Below the pieces are notes generated by a model. That model was given only the letters and a program-made list of their open reading frames with translations. It did no database searches and was not told the origin of the DNA. Position numbers and translations under genes: made by a program. DNA of 55,149 bases from IMG/VR virus record IMGVR_UViG_3300022839_000018; one strand, given 5' to 3'. This document shows positions 43,187 to 53,089 of the stretch, one piece after another; within the stretch, counting starts at the first letter, position 1, and every line of letters starts with the position of its first letter. This DNA comes from a virus.

Positions 43187-43407
43187 TATATGTACAATGT
43201 AGTAGTGTGGCCCCTACATAGGACTACCCACACTACAACTAACTAAACTTCCCGCAAACAACAATAACGCTTTCGGACAACCTAATGTCTCATGGCCCGT
43301 TATACTAGAAGGTAGGCCAACTTTCTTGTTAACGCACCCTAGTAGTAATTAGCCTCTGTATAAGTCATTAGTCGTTTGCATCTGTATCTAATGCTAGGAG
43401 AATTAAT

Positions 43408-44466
43408 ATGGCATTCGGAACCGCTGCTGGTTATGGCAATTTACCAAACGGTAATTTCTCACCAGTCATTTATAGCAAACAGGTGCAACTTGCATTCCGC
43501 AAAGCATCTATCTGTGAAGCTATTACTAACTCTGATTATTTTGGCGAAATCGCCAATATGGGTGACTCAGTTAAAATTATTAAAGAACCTGAGATCACTG
43601 TTCAACCTTACCTACGTGGTACAACTATTACACCACAAGACTTGGACGATGAAGATTTCTCATTGACAATCGACAAAGCTAACTATTTTGCTTTCAAGGT
43701 TGACGACATTGAGGAAGCGCACAGTCACGTCAACTTCCAAAGCCTTGCTTCGGATCGTGCTGCGTATCGTTTGTCTGACCAGTTTGACCAAGACGTACTT
43801 GGTTATCTGACAGGCTTCAAACAGTCTGCAACCCACGGTACACCTGACACCGTTAACACAACCACTAACGGTACTGTTGCGGTTTCTACTGCAGGTACTG
43901 ACGAATTGTTGTCTTCAATGAAAATTGATGCAGCGTCATTTGGTGGTACTGCAACGCAAGCTCTTGCTCTTGCAGCACGTACTGGTGGAGCTACAGACGC
44001 TACACCTGCCGCTGGTGATACTTTTCCATTGACAGTTATTGCACGTATGTCTCGTCTTCTTGACCAGCAAAACGTCGATACACAAGGTCGTTGGTTGGTA
44101 GTTGATCCCGTATTCATGGAACTTTTGAAAGACGAAGATTCTCGTCTGTTCAATGCTGACTTCGGTGGTTCTGGTCTCCAGAATGGTCAAATCGGTATGA
44201 ACATCCACGGTTTCCGTGTATACCAGTCTAACAACTTGCCATCGGTTGGTGATGGTCCGTCCTTTACAGGTACGAACTCTTCTACTAACTACGGTATGAT
44301 TGTTGCGGGACATGATTCATCTGTTGCAACTGCTGAGCAGATCAACAAAACTGAAACATATCGTGACCCAGACAGCTTCTCGGACATTGTTCGTGGAATG
44401 CATTTGTATGGTCGGAAAATTCTTCGGCCTGAAGCCTTGGTTAACGCCAAGTACCATTTAGCATAA
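43408..44466 (+). CDS. Major capsid protein
   Basis: 352 aa with a strong RBS (AGGAG), its own promoter and a downstream terminator. The N-terminal pattern is ...NFSPVIYSKQVQLAFRK...GDSVKI. Confidence 0.75.
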   Translation: MAFGTAAGYGNLPNGNFSPVIYSKQVQLAFRKASICEAITNSDYFGEIANMGDSVKIIKEPEITVQPYLRGTTITPQDLDDEDFSLTIDKANYFAFKVDDIEEAHSHVNFQSLASDRAAYRLSDQFDQDVLGYLTGFKQSATHGTPDTVNTTTNGTVAVSTAGTDELLSSMKIDAASFGGTATQALALAARTGGATDATPAAGDTFPLTVIARMSRLLDQQNVDTQGRWLVVDPVFMELLKDEDSRLFNADFGGSGLQNGQIGMNIHGFRVYQSNNLPSVGDGPSFTGTNSSTNYGMIVAGHDSSVATAEQINKTETYRDPDSFSDIVRGMHLYGRKILRPEALVNAKYHLA

Positions 44467-44479
44467 GGGAGAATAGAAA

Positions 44480-44959
44480 ATGGCTACTATTTCAACACTA
44501 TTGTTACCTGCTCACGGTAGTTCACAACGTGGACGTGCACCGTACATGGTACAAAAAACTATTGTTCTTTCGGATCAGGCTATTGACTGTTCCGCTGGTG
44601 ACGTAGTTCAATGCTTAACTATTCCTGCTAACACTCGTGTACTACACGCAGGTGTTTGTGTTGTTGCGTCTGCAACAATGAATACAGGAACAGACGCAAC
44701 TGTTACACTTGGTGCAGCAGATGCAGATGAGTTTGTTGCAGCGTTTGACATTGACGGTGCGGCTGATGGTGCGTACGCTCCTTCTGCTACACCTGCGGCT
44801 GACGTTACACTTGCTGCTGCAGATACGTTGGACCTTACCTTTGCAGGTTCCGGTGCAACATTCTCAGCTGGTAAACTTCGTGTTTACGCTGTAATGATGG
44901 ACGTTAGTGACCAACGTGACGCCGCTCCTGCGGAAGTAGATCGTGACGCACTTGCGTAA
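44480..44959 (+). CDS. Possible capsid decoration/accessory protein (159 aa)
   Basis: Ala/Val/Thr/Asp-rich (beta-strand-type composition, my guess), co-transcribed with the capsid gene before the terminator. Confidence 0.35.
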   Translation: MATISTLLLPAHGSSQRGRAPYMVQKTIVLSDQAIDCSAGDVVQCLTIPANTRVLHAGVCVVASATMNTGTDATVTLGAADADEFVAAFDIDGAADGAYAPSATPAADVTLAAADTLDLTFAGSGATFSAGKLRVYAVMMDVSDQRDAAPAEVDRDALA

Positions 44960-44970
44960 ATAAATATTTA

Positions 44971-44998
44971 GTGGGGCTGTTTCGATGGCCCCACTTTA
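44971..44998 (+). terminator. Rho-independent terminator after the capsid operon
   Basis: GTGGGGC (44971-44977) pairs with GCCCCAC (44988-44994). It is followed by a short TTT. Confidence 0.6.
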
Positions 44999-45016
44999 CA
45001 GTATAAGGAATACGAA

Positions 45017-45229
45017 ATGCCTAAAATTAAAAAGTATGCTTTGGGTGGTGTAACAACTCCCGAACAAGAAGATAGTCGTTATCGCCCTTCCGCTAATCGT
45101 GCGCCGCAAGGTATGTTATCCTCTAGGGGTACTACATCCGCTATGGGTTTGTACGATGGTGGCGTAGTAACTAAAAAGAACTATTGTAATCCCGTAAAAA
45201 TTACAGACAACCGTAAAAATAAAAAGTAG
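45017..45229 (+). CDS. Small basic protein with YALGG and LYDGG motifs (70 aa)
   Basis: Track ORF. Confidence 0.55.
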   Translation: MPKIKKYALGGVTTPEQEDSRYRPSANRAPQGMLSSRGTTSAMGLYDGGVVTKKNYCNPVKITDNRKNKK

Positions 45230-45616
45230 ATGGCTGGAGTTAACTTCAGGACAGCTAGTAAGTTTGCTAGTATTGTAGGTAACTCTGCCAGTACTTCTGG
45301 TGATCCCAGTAACGCTACGTTATTATTTACTTGTCCTGAAAGCCACGAAGCTGAAATAGTATTTCTTATGGTAGCTAATGAAGCAACCTCTACAGCAAAA
45401 ATTGGCATCCAAGTATATCACGCAGAGGATACTACATACCACTTTCTTGTAGCAGAAGAAGCTATAGCAGGAAATAACCACAGGCAGTTTATTGGTGGCG
45501 GTCCACTGTTCTTACATGCAGGCGACAAGGTATTACTATTTAGGCACGGTGGGTCAGATGAGTTTGATGCTACACTTTCTGCTAGACTGTACTTCACCCC
45601 CGCTAAAAGGCTATAA
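45230..45616 (+). CDS. Hypothetical structural protein (128 aa)
   Basis: Track ORF. Confidence 0.6.
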   Translation: MAGVNFRTASKFASIVGNSASTSGDPSNATLLFTCPESHEAEIVFLMVANEATSTAKIGIQVYHAEDTTYHFLVAEEAIAGNNHRQFIGGGPLFLHAGDKVLLFRHGGSDEFDATLSARLYFTPAKRL

Positions 45617-45618
45617 CA

Positions 45619-46335
45619 ATGAGTACATTTCTTAATTTAACAAATGAACTGCTGCGTCGATTAAACGAAGTTCAAATTGATCAATCTGATTTTAGTGCCG
45701 TTAAGAATGTTCAGGCACTGGCGAAAGACGCTATAAACTCTGCTATTCGTGAGGCACTTCAGGATGCACAGGAGTGGCCCTTTACTCTTATAACCTATGA
45801 GCACACTCTTTCTGCTGGTACTAATACTTATTTATTTCCTGCTGACTATTCAAAGGCAGATTGGGATACGTTTTACATTAAACAACTTTCCTCTAAAAAC
45901 AACACACCACAAAAATTAGAATTAATTACATACGATCAATACATTTCTAACTTTAGATCAGCAGAAGACACGGGTGGTACAGGGGCTAGAGATACGCCTC
46001 AGTACGTGTACATGACACAGGATACAAAGTTTGGGGTTAGTCCAGTTTCGGATGCAGCTTACGTAGTTGAGTACCGTTACTGGAAATACCCTGCAGACCT
46101 TGTTTTACATGACGATGAGGCTATTATTCCTGATAGGTTTAAGCATGTAGTTATTGATGGTGCTATGATGTACATGATGTTGTTCCGGTCTAATGAGCAA
46201 AGTGCTTCTTTGCATAGTCAGAAGTTTGAAGACGGTATTAAAATGATGCGCAGACTTCTTGTTGACCAACCTGTAAATGTACGATCTACAGTTATGTATA
46301 GGTCTTCCTATAATTTAATATCAGATAAAATATAA
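45619..46335 (+). CDS. Possible adaptor / tail tubular protein A-like (238 aa)
   Basis: Based on position and size in a podovirus-like structural module. There is no decisive motif. Confidence 0.35.
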   Translation: MSTFLNLTNELLRRLNEVQIDQSDFSAVKNVQALAKDAINSAIREALQDAQEWPFTLITYEHTLSAGTNTYLFPADYSKADWDTFYIKQLSSKNNTPQKLELITYDQYISNFRSAEDTGGTGARDTPQYVYMTQDTKFGVSPVSDAAYVVEYRYWKYPADLVLHDDEAIIPDRFKHVVIDGAMMYMMLFRSNEQSASLHSQKFEDGIKMMRRLLVDQPVNVRSTVMYRSSYNLISDKI

Positions 46336-46337
46336 AC

Positions 46338-48122
46338 ATGGCGGATAATCTACAAACTTTTGTTTCTGTATGTGCTGGGGGGCTAGTAACTAACGTAGAC
46401 CCTTTGACGCAGAGCAATTCTTTGTCTGGTAGCGCAATACGTTTAATTAACATGGAGCCTTCTCTTGAGGGTGGATATAGACGTATAACAGGTTACGCAA
46501 ATTCTTATGGTACACTTCCCGGTACAGAAAAAGTACTAGGTCTTGCCGTAAATGGCGAAATAAATCAGGGCATACTGGGGTGTAGAAAGCCCTCTTCTGG
46601 AACTAACTACTTACATTGGTACAATCATTACTACGATGTAGCTCTTGGATCAGGTGAGGGAACGGCCTTTAGTGTAAGTGAGTCTCTTACTGCGGTAGTT
46701 AGCTCAGGAGATAGTACTGCAACAGCAGTGACTGGCACTGTTATATCTAAAACCTCAAACGCTATTGTAGTAGACTTTGGTAAGTTACCCAGTTCTGTAT
46801 TTGCTACAAGCAATATTATTACAGGAGTTACCTCTGCAGCAACAGGTACAGTAGCAAGCACACCTACTGTAAAAGGTTGGCAGGCTGTAACGTCAGCTGG
46901 TAGTCCTACAATGACAGGTGTTGACGTTGTACGGTTTGAAAGATACAACTGGACGGAAGAAGTACTACTCCTTACAGATGGAATTAATCCTGCCGCTAAG
47001 TATAATGGAACTAACTATGTGCAGATTACCCACGCTAACGCACCTAACAACCCTAAGTTTGCTAGTGCCTTTGCAAATCATCTTTGGTTAGCGGGTGATC
47101 CTGACGAACCTTTTAATATATACTTTTCTTCACCTAACTCTGATATAGACTTTGATCCCGGTAATGGTGCTGGCGTTATTAACATTGGTTTTACCGTAAC
47201 CCAATTAAAATCTTTTCGTAACCAACTTTATGTATTTGGTCAAAACCAGATTAAAAGAATTGTTGGAGATAACTATTCTAACTTTAGCGTAGAAAATGTT
47301 ACTAATGACTTGGGTTGCGTAGCGCCTGATACTGTGGTAGAATTTGGTGGTGACATTATCTTTCTTGGACCAGATGGTATTCGCCCCATTTCAGGTACTT
47401 CTAGGATTGGTGACGTTGAACTTGAAACAGTATCTCGTGAAATTCAAAAAACCTTTGAAAACTATACAGCCAACGAAGACGTAACAAAACTAAAAGCTTT
47501 GGTTATACGCCGTAAGTCTCAGTTCCGTTTATTCTTTGAAGCTAATACTTCTCTATCCCTCCTAGCAGCTATTCGTAAAAGTTCTTCTGCACAATCTACT
47601 TTTGAGTATAGTCAACTTGTAGGCATTGAAGCAACTTCCGTAGCTAGTGGTTATATAGGCCAGTTTGAATTTGTACTACATGGGAACAGTTCAGGTAAAG
47701 TATTCAAGCAAGAAGAGGGTAATTCTTTTGGTGGTGATGATGTACTAAGCGTATACCAAACACCGTTTTATTTTATGGGCGACCCAGAACTACGTAAGAT
47801 ATTTTATAGAGTTAAAACTTTTCTAAAGTCAGAAGGTGAAGCTACTATAGCTGTAGGCATTGAGTATAACTTTGGCGACTCTGAAATTGCTACACCTTCA
47901 AACTTTGATTTAACTACAGCGGGGGCCGCATCTTTCTTTGACGCAAGTTCTACACTGTACGATGAAACAGATATTTACGATGGAAACCCTACACCAATCC
48001 GTGTTACTAATATAAGTGGTTCAGGCGATTCTATTTCAATAGCGTACGTTACAAACGGTACAAGTCCTAGTCATACAATACAAGCAATTTCTATTTTGTA
48101 TGGACTAGGTGACAGGAGATAA
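46338..48122 (+). CDS. Possible tail tubular protein B / nozzle-like (594 aa)
   Basis: Based on position and size between the adaptor candidate and the fibre. Confidence 0.35.
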   Translation: MADNLQTFVSVCAGGLVTNVDPLTQSNSLSGSAIRLINMEPSLEGGYRRITGYANSYGTLPGTEKVLGLAVNGEINQGILGCRKPSSGTNYLHWYNHYYDVALGSGEGTAFSVSESLTAVVSSGDSTATAVTGTVISKTSNAIVVDFGKLPSSVFATSNIITGVTSAATGTVASTPTVKGWQAVTSAGSPTMTGVDVVRFERYNWTEEVLLLTDGINPAAKYNGTNYVQITHANAPNNPKFASAFANHLWLAGDPDEPFNIYFSSPNSDIDFDPGNGAGVINIGFTVTQLKSFRNQLYVFGQNQIKRIVGDNYSNFSVENVTNDLGCVAPDTVVEFGGDIIFLGPDGIRPISGTSRIGDVELETVSREIQKTFENYTANEDVTKLKALVIRRKSQFRLFFEANTSLSLLAAIRKSSSAQSTFEYSQLVGIEATSVASGYIGQFEFVLHGNSSGKVFKQEEGNSFGGDDVLSVYQTPFYFMGDPELRKIFYRVKTFLKSEGEATIAVGIEYNFGDSEIATPSNFDLTTAGAASFFDASSTLYDETDIYDGNPTPIRVTNISGSGDSISIAYVTNGTSPSHTIQAISILYGLGDRR

Positions 48123-48125
48123 AAA

Positions 48126-51100
48126 GTGGCAGGATATACAAGACAATCTTCAGCAGATATTATTGCAACAGCTGTTGTACGTGCTAACCCGCTGAACGTA
48201 GAGTACAATGCATTGAGAGATGCATTTAATTCTAGTAGTGGACACAAGCATGATGGTACAGCAGCAGAAGGTGCCTATGTACCACTAATTGCTGACGCAG
48301 ACGCACTTAATAAAGTTGCTATTAACACAGCTAACAATCGTGTTGGTGTATTTGTTGAAGTGTCTAGTGCTGCCGTAGAACAAATACGTATTCAAGATGG
48401 TGCCATTGTACCAGTTACTAACAATGATATTGATCTTGGCACAAGCTCCCTAGAGTTTAAAGATTTGTATATTGATGGTACTGCACACATAGATACGCTT
48501 GATGTAGATGCAAATGCTGGTATTATAGGAAACTTGACGGTTAGTGGTAACACTATTCTTGGTGATGCCGCAAATGATACTGTTACGATTACTGCTGACG
48601 TTGCTTCCCCCCTAATACCTTCCGCTGATGATACACATGACTTAGGTGCTGTAGGTTCTGAGTGGCGTAACCTATACGTAGATGGTACTGCTAACATAGA
48701 CGCCCTTGTAGCTGACACTGCAGACATTAATGGTGGTACTGTTGATGGTGCTGTCATTGGTGGAGCTAGTGCTGCTGCTGGTACATTCACTTCTTTGAAT
48801 GCTTCGGGCACAGCTACACTAGCTACAGTAGATATTAATGCGGGTAACATTGACGGTACTGTTATTGGTGCTGGTTCTGCAGCTGCTATTACAGGTACTA
48901 CAATTACAGGTACATCGCTTGTAGGTGCAGTAACAGGCGATGTTACAGGTAATGCAGACACTGCTACTGCACTAGAAACAGCAAGAACTATTGGCGGTGT
49001 ATCATTCAATGGTACAGCTAATATTAACTTGCCGGGTGTTAATACTGCAGGTAATCAAGACACATCCGGTACTGCAGCAGATGCAACGGTACTTGAAACT
49101 GCTCGAACAATCGGTGGTGTTTCCTTTGATGGTAGTGCCAATATTAATCTTCCCGGTGTTAATGCTGCGGGTAATCAGAGTACTTCAGGTAATGCCGCTA
49201 GTGCAACTATACTAGAGACAGCTAGAACTATTGCTGGAAACTCTTTTAACGGTAGTGCTAATATCACTATCGCTGCTACTGACTTATCTGATACAGACCA
49301 AAGTCTAGCCACAGGTGATAATGTTACGTTTGCTTCTGTCACAGGTAATCTAACAGGTAACGTAACATCTACAGGTGCTAACTCTTTTGGTTCAGTCACA
49401 GTTTCAGGTGCAGCAACCTTAAATGGCAACACCATAATTGGTAATGCTGCTACCGATACTGTTACAGTTACTGCAGATGTCGCATCTAATCTTATACCTA
49501 GTGCAGATAGCTCGTATAGTCTTGGTGATAGCTCTAACTATTGGTCGCATGGATACATTGATGCTATTACTACTACAGGAAATGTAATAGTCGGTGGTGA
49601 CTTAACTGTCAATGGTACAACCACTACAGTAGCTACAACTAACATGACTGTATCGGATGCCCTAATTGAATTGGGTACAGGTACTACAGGTACTCCCGCT
49701 AATGATGCAGGTATTGTCATTGAACGTGGCGATGCAGCTAATGCCTTCATGGGCTATGACGAAAGTGCTGATAAGTTTACAGTAGGTACGGGTACATTCA
49801 CAGGTGCCTCCACAGGCAACCTGAGCATCACTACAGGCACACTTGTAGCTAATGTCGAGGGTAACGTCACAGGTAATGTAACAGGCTCCTCAGGATCAAC
49901 AACAGGTAACGCAGCTACAGCTACAGCATTAGCAACAGCCCGTACTATTGGTGGCGTTAGCTTTGATGGTACAGCTAATATAAACCTTCCCGGTGTTAAT
50001 GCATCAGGTACACAGGATACATCTGGCAATGCAGACACCGCTACAGCACTAGCGACTGCACGTACTATCGCTGGTCAATCGTTTGACGGTACAGGTAATA
50101 TCTCTATCGCTCCTACCGATCTTACTGGTGTAAACTCTACTGCCACTGAATTAAATATCATGGACGGTGATACGTCAGCTTCCGCTACTACTCTTGCAGA
50201 TGCGGACAGAGTTGTAGTTAATGATGCTGGCACTATGAAACAGGTAGCACTGACAGACTTTGAGACATACTTTGAGGGTGCATTAGATACACTCAGTAAT
50301 GTAACAACTGTGGGTGCTCTTAATAGCGGTAGTATTACAAGTGGCTTTGGCGATATTAATAATGGCTCAAGTGCTATCACTACAACAGGTACAGTAACAT
50401 ACGGTAACTTGTCCGATGGTACTATTACTATTACAGGCTTCGTAGATGAAGATAACATGGCATCTAATAGTGCTACACTTATACCTACACAACAATCTGT
50501 AGAGGCTCGTATTCAGGCTGTAAGTGCTACAGCTAATAACGTAACTGGTCTTAATGCTACAGGTACAGAGCTAAACACTGTAGCTGACTTTTCTGCTGTA
50601 AGTGTAGATACAAGCACAGCAATAGCTAGTAACGATGCCCTATTAGTATTTGACAACGGTAACGAAATAGGTTATCGTGACGTAGACTTACTTGATACGT
50701 ACTTCTCAGCTACAACTAAAACACTTACCAATAAAACAATAACAAGTCCTATCCTAACAGGTATGCACCTTAACGACTCAGGGTTTACTGTTGAGGGTTC
50801 CAGTGCAGACGGTAATGAAACTACTGTAGCATTTACTAACCCTACCGCTGCTCGTACTATTACATTTACGGATGCAAGTGGTACTGTTGCTTTTACATCC
50901 GATATAAACGTAACCAACGTAACTGCTGCTGGGGCATTAATGGATAGTGAGGTTACTAACCTTGCCCAAGTAAAAGCATTCAGCTCTGCTGACTACGCTA
51001 CAGCTGCACAGGGTACACTTGCAACAAATGCATTACCTAAAGCTGGTGGTGTGTTAACGGGTGCTGTCACAACTAACTCCACATTTGATGGTGTAGATAT

Positions 51101-52772
51101 AGCTGTTAGAGATGGTATTTTAACCACCACTACAACTACAGCTAATGCTGCCTTGCCAAAAGCTGGTGGAACAATGACTGGCAATATAGTAATGCCAGCA
51201 TTAGGTACTGTAGATGGTAGAGACCTATCAGTAGATGGGGCCAAGCTAGACCTTATTGAGGCTTCGGCAGACGTTACAGACGCAACAAACGTAACTGCTG
51301 CTGGGGCATTAATGGATAGTGAGGTTACTAACCTTGCCCAAGTAAAAGCATTCAGCTCTGCTGACTACGCCACAGCTGCACAGGGTACTACAGCAGATAA
51401 TGCCCTCCCTAAAGCTGGTGGAGCTTTAACGGGTGCAGTGACAACCAACTCAACGTTTGATGGACGTGACGTTGCTACTGATGGTGCAAAGCTAGACACA
51501 ATAGCAACAAGTGCAAATAACTACGTCCACCCAAACCACACAGGTGAAGTAACATCTACTGCTGATGGTGCTACAGTTATTACAGATAACGTGGTGGACG
51601 AGGCCAATCTTAAAGTTTCTAACACTCCTACTAATGGTTATTTCCTTTCAGCACAGTCAGGTAATACTGGCGGTTTAACTTGGGCGGAAGCTGCAAGTGG
51701 TGCTGATCTTTACGCTGAAAACCCAAGCAGCCCTACTGCACCTTCTGCTACTGGGGCTAATGCTGTGGCTATTGGGAGTGGTTCTAATGCTGGGGGTACA
51801 AATGCTGTAGCTCTTGGTGTTGGCAGTGCCGCCGGTGATGGTGCTTTCTGTGCAATCAACGGTGGTGGTAATACCTCTTATGGGGCTGTTGGCAATAGAT
51901 CAATCGCTATGGGTGAAGCGGCTCGTGCGCAAGGCCAAGACAGTGTTGCTATTGGTGAGAACAGTTTAGCTTCTTTAGCAGATAGTTTTGCTATTGGTTA
52001 CAATACAGACGCTACCGCTATACGTGCGGCCGCTTTTGGATATAACGCACAGGCCAATGGCTCAAACGCTACGGCCCTTACAAACTCCTACGCATCCGGC
52101 ACAGACTCCTTCGCAGCAGCTATAGCCAACAACACCTCAAGCTATGGCGCTACTGGGGCTAACTCTATTGCTATTGGGGAGTTAGCTAAGGCAAGTGGGC
52201 AAAAGTCTTTTTCTTTTGGATACTCTACTCAAGCTACAGGAACTTATAGCTACTCTTTGGGAAGACAAGCGCAGGCAACGCAAGAGGGTTCTGTAGCAAT
52301 AGGCTCTTTTGCAAAGTCTGCTATTATCGGCAAAGTGGCAGTCGGCGGGTATAGCCCAAACAACATAGGTGACAGTCAGGCTGGCATTGTAAATCTTTAT
52401 GCGGACACCGCTAGCGCCACGCCAGAAGCCCTGACCACCAACAACAGCACAGCTTCTACAGACAACCAAGTCATCCTTCCCGACAACTCTGCCTTTGCCT
52501 TCCATGGTACCATCGTAGCCCGTCAACAAGCATCCGGCGGAACAGCTTGCGCAGCATGGAAAGTCGAAGGTCTCATCCGCAGGGAAGCTAACGCTGGCAC
52601 TACAGTGTTAGTCAACAGCGCCATAACCATCCTAGACAATACACCTGCTTGGGGCATGACCCTCTCGGCAGACACAACAAACGGTGGCCTTAAGATCGAG
52701 GTCACAGGTGAAGCGGCAACAAACATTCGTTGGGTCGCTACGATCAATACATCTGAAGTAACTTACGCCTAA
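48126..52772 (+). CDS. Mosaic tail fibre (1548 aa, GTG start)
   Basis: Five LETARTIGGVSF(D/N)G(S/T)ANI repeats of the phage tail-fibre type, an internal 101-bp duplication, and a C-terminal YadA-head-like NxxAxGxxAxA repeat region. Confidence 0.85.
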   Translation: MAGYTRQSSADIIATAVVRANPLNVEYNALRDAFNSSSGHKHDGTAAEGAYVPLIADADALNKVAINTANNRVGVFVEVSSAAVEQIRIQDGAIVPVTNNDIDLGTSSLEFKDLYIDGTAHIDTLDVDANAGIIGNLTVSGNTILGDAANDTVTITADVASPLIPSADDTHDLGAVGSEWRNLYVDGTANIDALVADTADINGGTVDGAVIGGASAAAGTFTSLNASGTATLATVDINAGNIDGTVIGAGSAAAITGTTITGTSLVGAVTGDVTGNADTATALETARTIGGVSFNGTANINLPGVNTAGNQDTSGTAADATVLETARTIGGVSFDGSANINLPGVNAAGNQSTSGNAASATILETARTIAGNSFNGSANITIAATDLSDTDQSLATGDNVTFASVTGNLTGNVTSTGANSFGSVTVSGAATLNGNTIIGNAATDTVTVTADVASNLIPSADSSYSLGDSSNYWSHGYIDAITTTGNVIVGGDLTVNGTTTTVATTNMTVSDALIELGTGTTGTPANDAGIVIERGDAANAFMGYDESADKFTVGTGTFTGASTGNLSITTGTLVANVEGNVTGNVTGSSGSTTGNAATATALATARTIGGVSFDGTANINLPGVNASGTQDTSGNADTATALATARTIAGQSFDGTGNISIAPTDLTGVNSTATELNIMDGDTSASATTLADADRVVVNDAGTMKQVALTDFETYFEGALDTLSNVTTVGALNSGSITSGFGDINNGSSAITTTGTVTYGNLSDGTITITGFVDEDNMASNSATLIPTQQSVEARIQAVSATANNVTGLNATGTELNTVADFSAVSVDTSTAIASNDALLVFDNGNEIGYRDVDLLDTYFSATTKTLTNKTITSPILTGMHLNDSGFTVEGSSADGNETTVAFTNPTAARTITFTDASGTVAFTSDINVTNVTAAGALMDSEVTNLAQVKAFSSADYATAAQGTLATNALPKAGGVLTGAVTTNSTFDGVDIAVRDGILTTTTTTANAALPKAGGTMTGNIVMPALGTVDGRDLSVDGAKLDLIEASADVTDATNVTAAGALMDSEVTNLAQVKAFSSADYATAAQGTTADNALPKAGGALTGAVTTNSTFDGRDVATDGAKLDTIATSANNYVHPNHTGEVTSTADGATVITDNVVDEANLKVSNTPTNGYFLSAQSGNTGGLTWAEAASGADLYAENPSSPTAPSATGANAVAIGSGSNAGGTNAVALGVGSAAGDGAFCAINGGGNTSYGAVGNRSIAMGEAARAQGQDSVAIGENSLASLADSFAIGYNTDATAIRAAAFGYNAQANGSNATALTNSYASGTDSFAAAIANNTSSYGATGANSIAIGELAKASGQKSFSFGYSTQATGTYSYSLGRQAQATQEGSVAIGSFAKSAIIGKVAVGGYSPNNIGDSQAGIVNLYADTASATPEALTTNNSTASTDNQVILPDNSAFAFHGTIVARQQASGGTACAAWKVEGLIRREANAGTTVLVNSAITILDNTPAWGMTLSADTTNGGLKIEVTGEAATNIRWVATINTSEVTYA

Positions 52773-52783
52773 AGGAGATACCA

Positions 52784-53089
52784 ATGGCTATTCAAAATAC
52801 AATCTTAGAAAGCGCCAGCCAGTACGGTATCGCTTTCAACAACGCTTACTACCGCATTGCTACAGCGGCTATCAGTCGTCAACGTGGGGATGACCCCAAG
52901 TTCACAGTAATGATTGACCTGTCAGCATATGCGACAGCTACACCAACTGATGATACTCGTGAGGTAGACTTCAAACGCTACAACGCAAACCTGACAGACA
53001 TCGAAGCTGCAACAGGTACTACGTTCCTAGACAAGTGCTATGCTTGGGTCATGGCTCAGGACGATATGAACGGTTCGGAGGCTGTATAA
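52784..53089 (+). CDS. Hypothetical protein (101 aa)
   Basis: Track ORF with GGAG before the ATG. Confidence 0.6.
   Translation: MAIQNTILESASQYGIAFNNAYYRIATAAISRQRGDDPKFTVMIDLSAYATATPTDDTREVDFKRYNANLTDIEAATGTTFLDKCYAWVMAQDDMNGSEAV

Noticed and set aside
50916-51388. The 101-bp near-identical pair in the fibre as a possible template/variable repeat of a diversity-generating retroelement
   Set aside because: There is no reverse transcriptase gene in the genome. The single difference is T/C, not an adenine-specific pattern.
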